Virus record (IMG/VR): IMGVR_UViG_3300030388_000656
Span: 1 to 53,368 of that record
Reading direction: 5' to 3' (one strand)
Length of the DNA: 53,368 nucleotides
DNA from: a virus
Taxonomy: Duplodnaviria > Caudoviricetes
Positions within the stretch are counted from its first letter, which is position 1. Every line of letters starts with the position of its first letter. Below are positions 15,122 to 22,938 of this stretch, piece after piece. A program made the translations under genes and the position numbers. The notes under the pieces were generated by a model. It was not told the origin of the DNA, made no database searches, and saw only the letters and a program-made list of their open reading frames with translations.

Positions 15122-16768
15122 ATGGAACAAGGATACATTCCTAAAGACCTCAGCTTTGATGATGAGGCAAGGAACAAATTGATAAGTGGGATTACTAAAA
15201 TCTCCAAAGCAGTTAAGAGTACGTTAGGGCCAAGAGGTCAAACTGTTTTAATAGAATCAACAGAACATTTACAGGGGTTAACTATTACAAAGGATGGAGT
15301 TACTGTCGCTAAGTCAGTACACCTTGATGATCCTATTGAGAACCTTGCAGTTCGTATGATGAAGCAAGCTTCTGAGAAGACTGCTAATGTTGCTGGAGAT
15401 GGAACTACTACAGCTATTGTATTGACTGAAGCTATTGTCCAGGCAGGAATGAAATGGATCAAGCCTTATCATAATGTAACTGACATTGTTAGATACATAA
15501 GAGAGGACTCTGATGTTATTATAGAGAACATTAGGAATAGATCATTAGAGGTTACTGATGATATGTTAAAAGACATTGCAGCTATATCAGCTAACAATGA
15601 TTATGAGTTAGGAGATATTATCTCTGAAGCATATCAACAAGTTGGTAAGGATGGGATAGTAACAGTTGAGAGATCTCAAACTGACAAGACATATTCAGAG
15701 GTTACTAATGGAATAAGAATAGATAGAGGTTATACTTCTCCTATGTTTATTAATGATCAAAGAAAAGATGAATGTATTATGGAAGGTGTTAAGGTTTTAA
15801 TCTGCGACACTGAGATTCATAACATACTTCAAATAGAGAATATACTTAAACCAATTATTAATGCAGGAGATAAACTTTTAATTATCGGAACTTGTGCTGG
15901 CAATGTTATAAATACATTAGCAGCAAATGTTCAACGTAATGGATTAAAGTTTTGTAACATCATGCCTCCTTCATTTGGATACAAGACTCATGAGTTAATG
16001 CAGGATATTGCATTTGCTACTGGAGCTAAATACTTTTCAGAAAAGACTGGAGATGATTTATCTATTATAACTATGGCAGACTTGGGTTATGCTGATAAGA
16101 TTATAGTAGGCAAGTCATCTACTGTTATTATAAAGCAAGGAGATATTAGTGATGAGACATCTTCAAGAGTAGCAGAGCTACGAGATCAACAAGAAAGACT
16201 TACAGCAAAACATGAGAAGGACTTTATCAATGAAAGGATTGCTTCTTTAGTTGGAGGGATAGGTTGTATATATGTTGGGGCTACATCTGATATAGAACAA
16301 AAAGAAAAATTTGACAGAGTCGATGACTCTGTCTGTGCAGTACGTTCAGCTCTACAAGAAGGAGTTGTTCCTGGTGGAGGATTATTGTTATATGATTTCT
16401 CAAGACACTTCGGTTGTAACTGTGAAGATGCAGTATCTGAAAAGATAGATGAAGACCAGGCAGCAGAAATGATTATGAGAGAAGCTTTGAAAGCTCCACT
16501 AAAACAAATCCTTGCTAATGCTGGGCTTGATGAAAAGGAAGTTATGTCAGAGATATATACTGATGCTATGTTAGGAACATTAGATGATGCTCCTGAAGTA
16601 CCAGAAAATAACAGAGGCTATGATGTGGTAGGTAAACAATACGGAGATATGTTTGAGATGGGTATTGTTGATCCAGCCAAAGTAACGAAAGAAGCTTTGC
16701 TTAATGCAATTAGTGTTGCAACAACTATACTAACTACTAACGCAATCATAACACATAAACGAGCATGA
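15122..16768 (+). CDS. groEL: Phage-encoded group I chaperonin GroEL
   Basis: AVKSTLGPRG, ITKDGVTVAK, AGDGTTTA, IDRGYTSP, ERIASL.GG, GVVPGGG, GIVDPAKV. Confidence 0.97.
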   Translation: MEQGYIPKDLSFDDEARNKLISGITKISKAVKSTLGPRGQTVLIESTEHLQGLTITKDGVTVAKSVHLDDPIENLAVRMMKQASEKTANVAGDGTTTAIVLTEAIVQAGMKWIKPYHNVTDIVRYIREDSDVIIENIRNRSLEVTDDMLKDIAAISANNDYELGDIISEAYQQVGKDGIVTVERSQTDKTYSEVTNGIRIDRGYTSPMFINDQRKDECIMEGVKVLICDTEIHNILQIENILKPIINAGDKLLIIGTCAGNVINTLAANVQRNGLKFCNIMPPSFGYKTHELMQDIAFATGAKYFSEKTGDDLSIITMADLGYADKIIVGKSSTVIIKQGDISDETSSRVAELRDQQERLTAKHEKDFINERIASLVGGIGCIYVGATSDIEQKEKFDRVDDSVCAVRSALQEGVVPGGGLLLYDFSRHFGCNCEDAVSEKIDEDQAAEMIMREALKAPLKQILANAGLDEKEVMSEIYTDAMLGTLDDAPEVPENNRGYDVVGKQYGDMFEMGIVDPAKVTKEALLNAISVATTILTTNAIITHKRA

Positions 16769-17022
16769 AGCCAATAGGAAAATATATTGTAATCAAAACT
16801 ATTAAAGAAGAACTAAAGACAGAGTCTGGACTTCTTCTGTCTGCACAAGATGCAGATGGTTTTAGATATCGTAAAGGTATTGTGATTGAGCAAGGAACAA
16901 ATGTTTCTGATATAAAAAAAGATGATGTTATCTATTATGATAAATCTGCTGGACATGAAATGTTAATCGAAGACAATCCTTATACTGTGATTACTGAGAG
17001 AGATGTCGTTGTTGTCTTGTAA
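16765..17022 (+). CDS. groES: Co-chaperonin GroES
   Basis: MKPIGKYIVI...KTESGLLL (mobile loop)...GIVIEQG...ERDVVVVL; ATGA overlap with groEL. Confidence 0.9.
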   Translation: MKPIGKYIVIKTIKEELKTESGLLLSAQDADGFRYRKGIVIEQGTNVSDIKKDDVIYYDKSAGHEMLIEDNPYTVITERDVVVVL

Positions 17023-17461
17023 ACTGATTCATTTCTATAATCATATTACGATAAACCTTATCCATATAGGAAGCATCATGTCTAAATAAAGGGTTGGCCT
17101 TAGGGCCTTCTCCTATTTCTTCTCCATTAAGTTTCTTATATAATGTGTTGATCAAACGCTTTCCTTTATATGATAGCTCATATAGAGTAGATTCTTTACC
17201 CTCTCTTTTTCTCCAGATAGTTATCCATCCTTCTTTCAAGAGTCTATGAAATCTTGGCTCATCCCAGGACATACATTCCTCGAATTCTTTGAATTTTGTT
17301 TTGTTAAATATCTGCTCTCCATATAGAAAAAACAACATATCTATATCAGGAGTTCCGACTTTGTACTTGGCTTTAGCCCAGTACCTTATCACCCTCCAGT
17401 ACTTCATGTAATCATGTGAGGGTTGAACTCTATCGTAATTTTTCCGAACTATATTTGGCAT
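16991..17461 (-). CDS. Putative winged-helix (MarR-like) DNA-binding protein
   Basis: RLLKEGWI...LYELSYKGKRL wing motif; the only - strand gene in the + arm. Confidence 0.55.
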   Translation of the reverse strand: MPNIVRKNYDRVQPSHDYMKYWRVIRYWAKAKYKVGTPDIDMLFFLYGEQIFNKTKFKEFEECMSWDEPRFHRLLKEGWITIWRKREGKESTLYELSYKGKRLINTLYKKLNGEEIGEGPKANPLFRHDASYMDKVYRNMIIEMNQFTRQQRHLSQ

Positions 17462-17474
17462 TAAATTAAATTTG

Positions 17475-17496
17475 TATCTTTGTAATCACAAAACTA
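17475..17496. promoter_or_regulatory. Face-to-face -7 boxes
   Basis: + strand TATCTTTG at 17475-17482 and - strand TAGTTTTG at 17489-17496. Confidence 0.55.
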
Positions 17497-17510
17497 ATAA
17501 AAATAAAGTT

Positions 17511-17642
17511 ATGCCAAATCCAAATAAAGGTGCAAAGATTAAAAAAGTTAAATCTTTAAACGACAAATTAAAGAAAGGAATTATAACTCCTAAGGAGTAT
17601 AGAGAATCAATGCCTTTGGCAACTTCACCTAAAGTAAAATAA
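17511..17642 (+). CDS. 43 aa basic microprotein (not in track)
   Basis: MPNPNKGAKIKKVKSLNDKLKKGIITPKEYRESMPLATSPKVK; follows a promoter. Confidence 0.55.
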   Translation: MPNPNKGAKIKKVKSLNDKLKKGIITPKEYRESMPLATSPKVK

Positions 17643-17646
17643 AGTT

Positions 17647-18414
17647 ATGGCAGACAAGAATAATCCAAGAGGAACAACAAAAGCAGTTAGACGTAGAACT
17701 CCAACCAGCTTAGATCCTATTAGAGATGAAAAAATCGCAAGAAGTTTAGCTAAGCTTAAGAAGAGAAGAGATAAGAAGCAGGCTAACGCAACCAAAAGAC
17801 TTAACGAAAAAAAAGCAAAGAACTTAGCTTCTACTACAAAGGGTGTTAAGAAGATGAAAGCTAAAAAAGCTAAGCTTGATGTCAAGAAAGCTGAGAAAGA
17901 TGCGAAGCTTGAGAGCAAAGGACAGAAGGCTATAGGCAGAGCAACAAAGAAATTAGAACGCAAGGCTGAAAGAAACGATAAGAAAGTTACTAAGGCTAAA
18001 GCTAAAAGCACAAAGAAGCTTGCTAAAATAAAAAGCAAAGTTGTTCAAGCCAAGGGTGAAGATAAAACTGCATATCAAAAAAGAGTTGATGCAGCCCAAA
18101 AGGGTAGAAAAGAAAAATCTAAAGCTGTACTTGATAAGTTAGCATTAGATAGAAAGAGTTCTAAAGAAAAGATTGAAAAGAATCTAAAGGGTAGAACAGA
18201 CCGATTAGCTGAAAGAACTAAAGACAATGCATCTGATACTAAAGCTGACAAAACGAAAGCTGGTGATAAAATGCTAAAGAGAACTGTTAGAAATGCTAAC
18301 AGAACTAAATCAGCTGAAAGTAGATACGCTAAAGGGAATGCTCGTAGAAAAGCAAGTAGAGCAAATGCAACAAAGAGGAAGTCACTCCGAAGATGGGATC
18401 AGACTTGGGGATAG
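17647..18414 (+). CDS. Lys/Ala/Arg-rich histone H1-like protein
   Basis: Extreme K/A/R composition; function inferred from composition only. Confidence 0.65.
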   Translation: MADKNNPRGTTKAVRRRTPTSLDPIRDEKIARSLAKLKKRRDKKQANATKRLNEKKAKNLASTTKGVKKMKAKKAKLDVKKAEKDAKLESKGQKAIGRATKKLERKAERNDKKVTKAKAKSTKKLAKIKSKVVQAKGEDKTAYQKRVDAAQKGRKEKSKAVLDKLALDRKSSKEKIEKNLKGRTDRLAERTKDNASDTKADKTKAGDKMLKRTVRNANRTKSAESRYAKGNARRKASRANATKRKSLRRWDQTWG

Positions 18415-18428
18415 TAATAAATAATTAT

Positions 18429-18436
18429 TATCTTTG
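18429..18436 (+). promoter_or_regulatory. -7 box TATCTTTG
   Basis: Exact match upstream of 18458. Confidence 0.7.
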
Positions 18437-18457
18437 TAAAATAAATAAATATATCAA

Positions 18458-18664
18458 ATGAAAAATCAAGGTTACAATTCAAGACTCGATGAGTCATTAG
18501 CTGCAAAGAATGGGAAGAAGTCTCAATCTATGAAGTCTCGTAGAAACGAATCTAAAGCTATGTCATCAAAAGAGTACGGTCATGCATATGGTGGAGATCA
18601 CAATATGTCTTATGAGTGTATCAACAATGTTGGTAAGAAGATGACTGCTCGAATTAAAAAATAA
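18458..18664 (+). CDS. Small basic protein
   Basis: QGYNSRLDESL...RRNESK; TAATG-coupled to the next gene. Confidence 0.7.
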   Translation: MKNQGYNSRLDESLAAKNGKKSQSMKSRRNESKAMSSKEYGHAYGGDHNMSYECINNVGKKMTARIKK

Positions 18665-18861
18665 TGGCTGGCAGGACTAAGAAAAAGTTTCCTGAAGTCA
18701 AAAAAGCTAACGAAGGTAAGTTTACCAAGTGGGCTATGAATAACGGATTCAAGAGTGCATGTAGTGCAGCTTCTGCTGTTATGAAGAATACAAAAAAGTA
18801 TTCTGATACAATAGTAAAGCAGGCTAACTATGCTAATAATTTTGGATGTAAAAGTAAATAA
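18664..18861 (+). CDS. Small basic protein
   Basis: EGKFTKWA...KQANYANNF. Confidence 0.7.
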   Translation: MAGRTKKKFPEVKKANEGKFTKWAMNNGFKSACSAASAVMKNTKKYSDTIVKQANYANNFGCKSK

Positions 18862-18862
18862 A

Positions 18863-19000
18863 ATGGGAAAGCTATTAATAAAAATAGGAATGTGGATGCA
18901 AGCAGTATGGTGCAAATTTCAATGTGCATGGAACTTGTCTGTAGCTAAATTATTATTTAAAGTGGCCAACTGCCCTAATAAACTTTGCACTTGTAAATAA
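18863..19000 (+). CDS. 45 aa Cys-rich microprotein (not in track)
   Basis: MGKLLIKIGMWMQAVWCKFQCAWNLSVAKLLFKVANCPNKLCTCK; TAATG-coupled. Confidence 0.6.
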   Translation: MGKLLIKIGMWMQAVWCKFQCAWNLSVAKLLFKVANCPNKLCTCK

Positions 19001-19167
19001 TGAAACGAACACGATCAAGAGGTTTGGGTGATACTATTGAAAAAATTACAACTGCAACAGGAATTAAAAAAGTAGTTGAAACTGTAGCTAAAGCAACAGG
19101 ATCAGGTTGTGGTTGCAACAAAAGAAAGGATGCTTTAAATAGAGCATTCCCTTACGATAATAAATAA
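19000..19167 (+). CDS. 55 aa protein with GLGD...CGC motif (not in track)
   Basis: MKRTRSRGLGDTIEKITTATGIKKVVETVAKATGSGCGCNKRKDALNRAFPYDNK. Confidence 0.7.
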   Translation: MKRTRSRGLGDTIEKITTATGIKKVVETVAKATGSGCGCNKRKDALNRAFPYDNK

Positions 19168-19175
19168 AAAAAAAG

Positions 19176-19688
19176 ATGTCATACCAAAAATTACAAGTTA
19201 GTCAATCGTTAAAAGTTATTCCTTCTAACGATGTCATGATTCCAAATCCAGATAGTTTAATCTTAATACAAGAGACTGGAGACTTCACTAAAGCAAATGA
19301 AGTAACAGTTGCAGCTGGAGGCCTATTAACAATGGGTATTCTACAAGGTGCTATTGTATATAACTTAGGAGCTAATATAGCATACTATGTATTATCAGTT
19401 GACAGCGATACAGTCATGACCTTAAGTGGTGGTGGTGTTGGTGGAGCTGGAAATGTATTTAATATATTTAACTCAGTTGCATCTCAACCATGTGTTTTAT
19501 ACTCAGGATCAGGTGGAGATATTATAGCTGTAATGGCTCAAGACACTAACTATGCTTCACAAGGAGCAGTAGGACATTTATCTCCTACATTATTTGTATC
19601 AGTTCCAGTTGGAACATTTATGCCTACCCAGGTTATTCAGGTAATTGAAACCAGAACAACAGCAGAAAATATTATTGCTCTTTGGTAA
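19176..19688 (+). CDS. Hypothetical beta-rich protein, possibly virion
   Basis: LYSGSGGDI...GTFMPTQV...T.AENIIALW. Confidence 0.7.
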   Translation: MSYQKLQVSQSLKVIPSNDVMIPNPDSLILIQETGDFTKANEVTVAAGGLLTMGILQGAIVYNLGANIAYYVLSVDSDTVMTLSGGGVGGAGNVFNIFNSVASQPCVLYSGSGGDIIAVMAQDTNYASQGAVGHLSPTLFVSVPVGTFMPTQVIQVIETRTTAENIIALW

Positions 19689-19793
19689 AAAATTACTAAC
19701 ACATTTATATATCTTAAAGAATGGAATGGACAGAAAATAATACATGGGATGGCAGAACCGAATGGGTTCAGACCTCATCTTATACAATAAAAA

Positions 19794-19967
19794 ATGACTA
19801 AGGAATTGAAAGATACAGTAGAAGTTGCAGTAGCTAACGCAAGTGCGTTGGGCTTAACTCTCACTCAAGCAAACGACATATTACAGTTTATATCACTAAC
19901 CTTAGCCATAGCATTTACAGTTTGGAAATTCAGCAGAGGTTATAAAAAAAATGAGAAAGATAAGTAA
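19794..19967 (+). CDS. Putative holin-like membrane protein (57 aa, not in track)
   Basis: Hydrophobic segments with a basic C-terminal tail; overlaps the amidase start. Confidence 0.55.
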   Translation: MTKELKDTVEVAVANASALGLTLTQANDILQFISLTLAIAFTVWKFSRGYKKNEKDK

Positions 19968-20361
19968 ACTTATAGTTCATTGTTCTGCCACAAGAGAAGG
20001 GCAAGAAATATCAGCTGCTACTATTGATGATTGGCATAAGAAGAGAGGCTGGTCAGGAATAGGTTATCATTTTGTAATAGGATTAAACGGACTAATAGAA
20101 TACGGAAGACCAGTCAGTAAGATGGGTGCTCATGTTAGAGGTCACAATAAAAGTAGCATAGGAATTTGTTACATAGGAGGTGTAGAGTTAGATGGTAAAA
20201 CTCCATGTGATACTCGAACAGAAGAACAGAAATGTTCTTTATACCATCTACTTATAGTATTAAAAAAATTACATCCTGAAGCTGTGGTACATGGTCATCG
20301 GGATTTTTCAGCTAAAGCATGTCCATCATTTGATGCGACAGAAGAGTATAAAAATTTATAA
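19951..20361 (+). CDS. Endolysin, N-acetylmuramoyl-L-alanine amidase (Amidase_2, T7 lysozyme-like)
   Basis: VHCSAT, GWSGIGYH, GAHVRGHN, GICYIGG, GHRDF..KACPSFD. Confidence 0.93.
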   Translation: MRKISKLIVHCSATREGQEISAATIDDWHKKRGWSGIGYHFVIGLNGLIEYGRPVSKMGAHVRGHNKSSIGICYIGGVELDGKTPCDTRTEEQKCSLYHLLIVLKKLHPEAVVHGHRDFSAKACPSFDATEEYKNL

Positions 20362-20362
20362 C

Positions 20363-20488
20363 ATGGCAAAAAAAGTAAGTTGGATGTATGGTGGCAAAAA
20401 GTATAGTGGAACTTTTATTAGAGAAACTAAAACTCACACTTATGCAAGAACTACAAACGGAAAAATTAAAACTATAAAAAAGAAATAA
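20363..20488 (+). CDS. 41 aa basic microprotein
   Basis: MAKKVSWMYGGKKYSGTFIRETKTHTYARTTNGKIKTIKKK; start moved to 20363. Confidence 0.6.
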   Translation: MAKKVSWMYGGKKYSGTFIRETKTHTYARTTNGKIKTIKKK

Positions 20489-20556
20489 TGAGCAAAATGA
20501 AAACTAAGGCTAAGCCAAAACCAAAGCCGAAACCAAAACCAAAACCAAGTTACTAA
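20488..20556 (+). CDS. 22 aa (KP)6 peptide (not in track)
   Basis: MSKMKTKAKPKPKPKPKPKPSY; TAATG-coupled at both ends. Confidence 0.55.
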   Translation: MSKMKTKAKPKPKPKPKPKPSY

Positions 20557-20675
20557 TGGCAAAAGCATTTAAGATACATAATATGTATAGTAAGACAGGT
20601 ATTAAGAAAGTAGCTAAAACTATGAAAGATCATGTTGCCTTAAAGAAAAAAGGTTACACTCATAAAAAGAAGTAA
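20556..20675 (+). CDS. 39 aa basic microprotein (not in track)
   Basis: MAKAFKIHNMYSKTGIKKVAKTMKDHVALKKKGYTHKKK; TAATG-coupled at both ends. Confidence 0.6.
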   Translation: MAKAFKIHNMYSKTGIKKVAKTMKDHVALKKKGYTHKKK

Positions 20676-20929
20676 TGGCAACTCCCAGGAAAGGTAAAGC
20701 AAAAGTAAAAGTAACTGCTTCTGGAAAGAGAGTGAGTTATGGTCAGGCAGGAAAAGCTAAAGGTGGTGGATCAAGAGTAAAGCCTGGTACATCTAAAGGC
20801 GATGCTTATTGTGCAAGAAGCTATGGAATAAAAATGGGATTGTCTATAGGAAAAAGAAATGATCCTAATACTCCAAACAACTTATCTCGTAAGAGATGGA
20901 AGTGTGTGGGTAAAAAATCAAAACGATAA
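20675..20929 (+). CDS. Small basic protein
   Basis: KRVSYGQAG...AYCARS...LSRKRWKC. Confidence 0.7.
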   Translation: MATPRKGKAKVKVTASGKRVSYGQAGKAKGGGSRVKPGTSKGDAYCARSYGIKMGLSIGKRNDPNTPNNLSRKRWKCVGKKSKR

Positions 20930-21321
20930 TGAGCTGGTGGACTAAAATATTTGGTAGTGGTGCTGTTAGTATAGCTGGTAAAGTAGCTGACATAGCTGAT
21001 AGATTTATTCAGACAAAAGAAGAGAAGGCTGAGTTTGAGATTATGATTAAAAAATTATTTCTTGAAGCTGAATCTGAAATGCAAAAGAATGTAACTGAAC
21101 GCTGGAAAACAGATCTCACCAGCGATTCATGGCTCAGCAAGAATGTAAGACCTATGACTCTTATATTTTTAGTCACATGTACTATGCTTTTAGTTTTTAT
21201 AGATGCAGGATCTATTGACTTTGTAGTTGAAGATAAATGGACTTCACTTTTAGAAATTGTTTTAATTACTGTAATTGCTTCTTATTTTGGAGGCAGGTCA
21301 TGGGAAAAAATTAAAAAATGA
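20929..21321 (+). CDS. Holin (GTA 3TM holin-like)
   Basis: RWKTD..SDSWLSKNVRP, transmembrane segments, YFGGRSWEK. Confidence 0.8.
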   Translation: MSWWTKIFGSGAVSIAGKVADIADRFIQTKEEKAEFEIMIKKLFLEAESEMQKNVTERWKTDLTSDSWLSKNVRPMTLIFLVTCTMLLVFIDAGSIDFVVEDKWTSLLEIVLITVIASYFGGRSWEKIKK

Positions 21322-21875
21322 TATCCAAACATCATAGTGATGAAATAAAAGATTGGGTATTAAACAACTTAGACTTTCTTAAAAGTCAACCTAACAGTAA
21401 ACCAAAGGGCCACCGAGGTGTAGTCTTTGGAATAAACGAATTACAATCCCCTACTAAAAAAAATTTATTATTAGAAAATAATTTTCCTTTCAATGCATTG
21501 AAAGCAATAGAGGAAGAGATGTCTATTAAGTTTAACATACTTACTCATAGTAATACTGTTAACTGGGCAGACTTAGGTATTATGATTTTATATAGTGAGG
21601 CAGGATATAAATGTAAAATACATACAGATGATTCTGATAATAAGAACATATATACTACAAGATTAAATGTTTTACTTAGTAAACCAGAATCTGGAGGCGA
21701 ACCTATAATAGATAAGAAGACTATATATATAAAAGAGAATGAACCTTGGATTTGTGTTGCAGGAAGGTATGAGCATTCTACTGTAAAAACAAAAGGAAAA
21801 ACCCCAAGAATACTATTGTCATATGGGTATGATGTACCTCGAAACTTACTTGAGGCATTGAATTTTTTAAATTAA
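21318..21875 (+). CDS. 2OG-Fe(II) oxygenase superfamily protein
   Basis: HTD (HxD), GGE, distal H (EHST), then R.LLS. Confidence 0.75.
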   Translation: MISKHHSDEIKDWVLNNLDFLKSQPNSKPKGHRGVVFGINELQSPTKKNLLLENNFPFNALKAIEEEMSIKFNILTHSNTVNWADLGIMILYSEAGYKCKIHTDDSDNKNIYTTRLNVLLSKPESGGEPIIDKKTIYIKENEPWICVAGRYEHSTVKTKGKTPRILLSYGYDVPRNLLEALNFLN

Positions 21876-21896
21876 AAACATACCCATAATTTTTCT

Positions 21897-21904
21897 TATC
21901 TTTG
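21897..21904 (+). promoter_or_regulatory. -7 box TATCTTTG
   Basis: Exact match upstream of 21928. Confidence 0.7.
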
Positions 21905-21927
21905 CAGTATAACTAAAATCATTTAAA

Positions 21928-22176
21928 ATGAGCGACAACTTAAATCCAGAAGAATTACAAAGTCTTCAAACTTTAACATCTGAATTCAATAAGATCAAAA
22001 CTTCATTGGGAGATCTTGAACTACAAAAACATGGAATGTGTTTGAGAGTAGAAAATATTAAGATAGAGTTTCAAGCATTAGAAGCAGGACTAACAGATAA
22101 GTATGGTAAAGATTCTGTTATCAATATGGAAACAGGAGAGGTTAAAGAGAAGGAAGTTTTAGAAGAAGGTAAATAA
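21928..22176 (+). CDS. Small acidic coiled-coil protein, paralog of 27971-28237
   Basis: Shares EL.S.Q..T..FN..K..LGD.EL.K...YGKD..IN.ETGEVKEKEV. Confidence 0.75.
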   Translation: MSDNLNPEELQSLQTLTSEFNKIKTSLGDLELQKHGMCLRVENIKIEFQALEAGLTDKYGKDSVINMETGEVKEKEVLEEGK

Positions 22177-22185
22177 TAATATTAT

Positions 22186-22911
22186 ATGAGAATTGAAACA
22201 TATCCAATAGTAGCAGCAGTCTTAGGTCAAGATAGACTTTTAGGAACACAAGCTGTTACTGAAGCGACTAAGAATTTTACAATTGATCAGTTAGTTAATT
22301 TCATTAACATTACTTCAGCTGTAGATTCACAGACATTAAGATATAAGTTTCAAGTTCTTGGATCAGGAATTGACCAGGCCAAAGGCACATTTACATTTGC
22401 AGCTGGAGGTAGTACTGTTAATTTTGCTGATGTTACAGGTTTTAAATTAAGTTCATATAGTTTACGATATTTATCTCAGGGTGCAGCTACAGACATTTCT
22501 GCATTCTATACAAAAATCATATCTACTCAAGTATTTATTAGTAACACCAAAGACATTAGTCAGTTTGGTGTATACACTTGGAATAGTGCAGTTCAAGCAG
22601 GTTCTGAAGAGTTTTACAATATAGGTTTAACCCCAGTTGCAACTCAAGGAACACTTAAAAGAGATAGCGAATATTTTATATCTTTGCTGTCATGGGATGT
22701 AAGTGCAGGAGGTGGAGACAAGAACTTTGTGTTTACACAAGGAACACCAGCTTTAGTATGGACTGTCCAACATGATTTAAACAAGTTCCCTTCTGTTTCA
22801 GTTGTGAATTCGTTGAATGAAATAGTATATGGTAAAGTAGATTATATAGACAAAAATAAATTAACAGTGACTTTTGCTGCTGCCTTTTCTGGTGCTGCAT
22901 ATTGTAACTAA
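22186..22911 (+). CDS. Putative virion fibre/adaptor protein
   Basis: N-terminus resembles that of 28247; C-terminal WTVQHDLNKFPSVSV domain resembles the C-terminus of 22939 (WTIEHNWGTRNV). Confidence 0.6.
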   Translation: MRIETYPIVAAVLGQDRLLGTQAVTEATKNFTIDQLVNFINITSAVDSQTLRYKFQVLGSGIDQAKGTFTFAAGGSTVNFADVTGFKLSSYSLRYLSQGAATDISAFYTKIISTQVFISNTKDISQFGVYTWNSAVQAGSEEFYNIGLTPVATQGTLKRDSEYFISLLSWDVSAGGGDKNFVFTQGTPALVWTVQHDLNKFPSVSVVNSLNEIVYGKVDYIDKNKLTVTFAAAFSGAAYCN

Positions 22912-22938
22912 AACCTTAACAAACAAAAAAAATCAATT

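Noticed and set aside
17625-18038. Hydrophobic 137 aa - strand ORF resembling a membrane protein
   Set aside because: Antisense shadow of the Lys-rich gene (AAA/AAG read as Phe/Leu)
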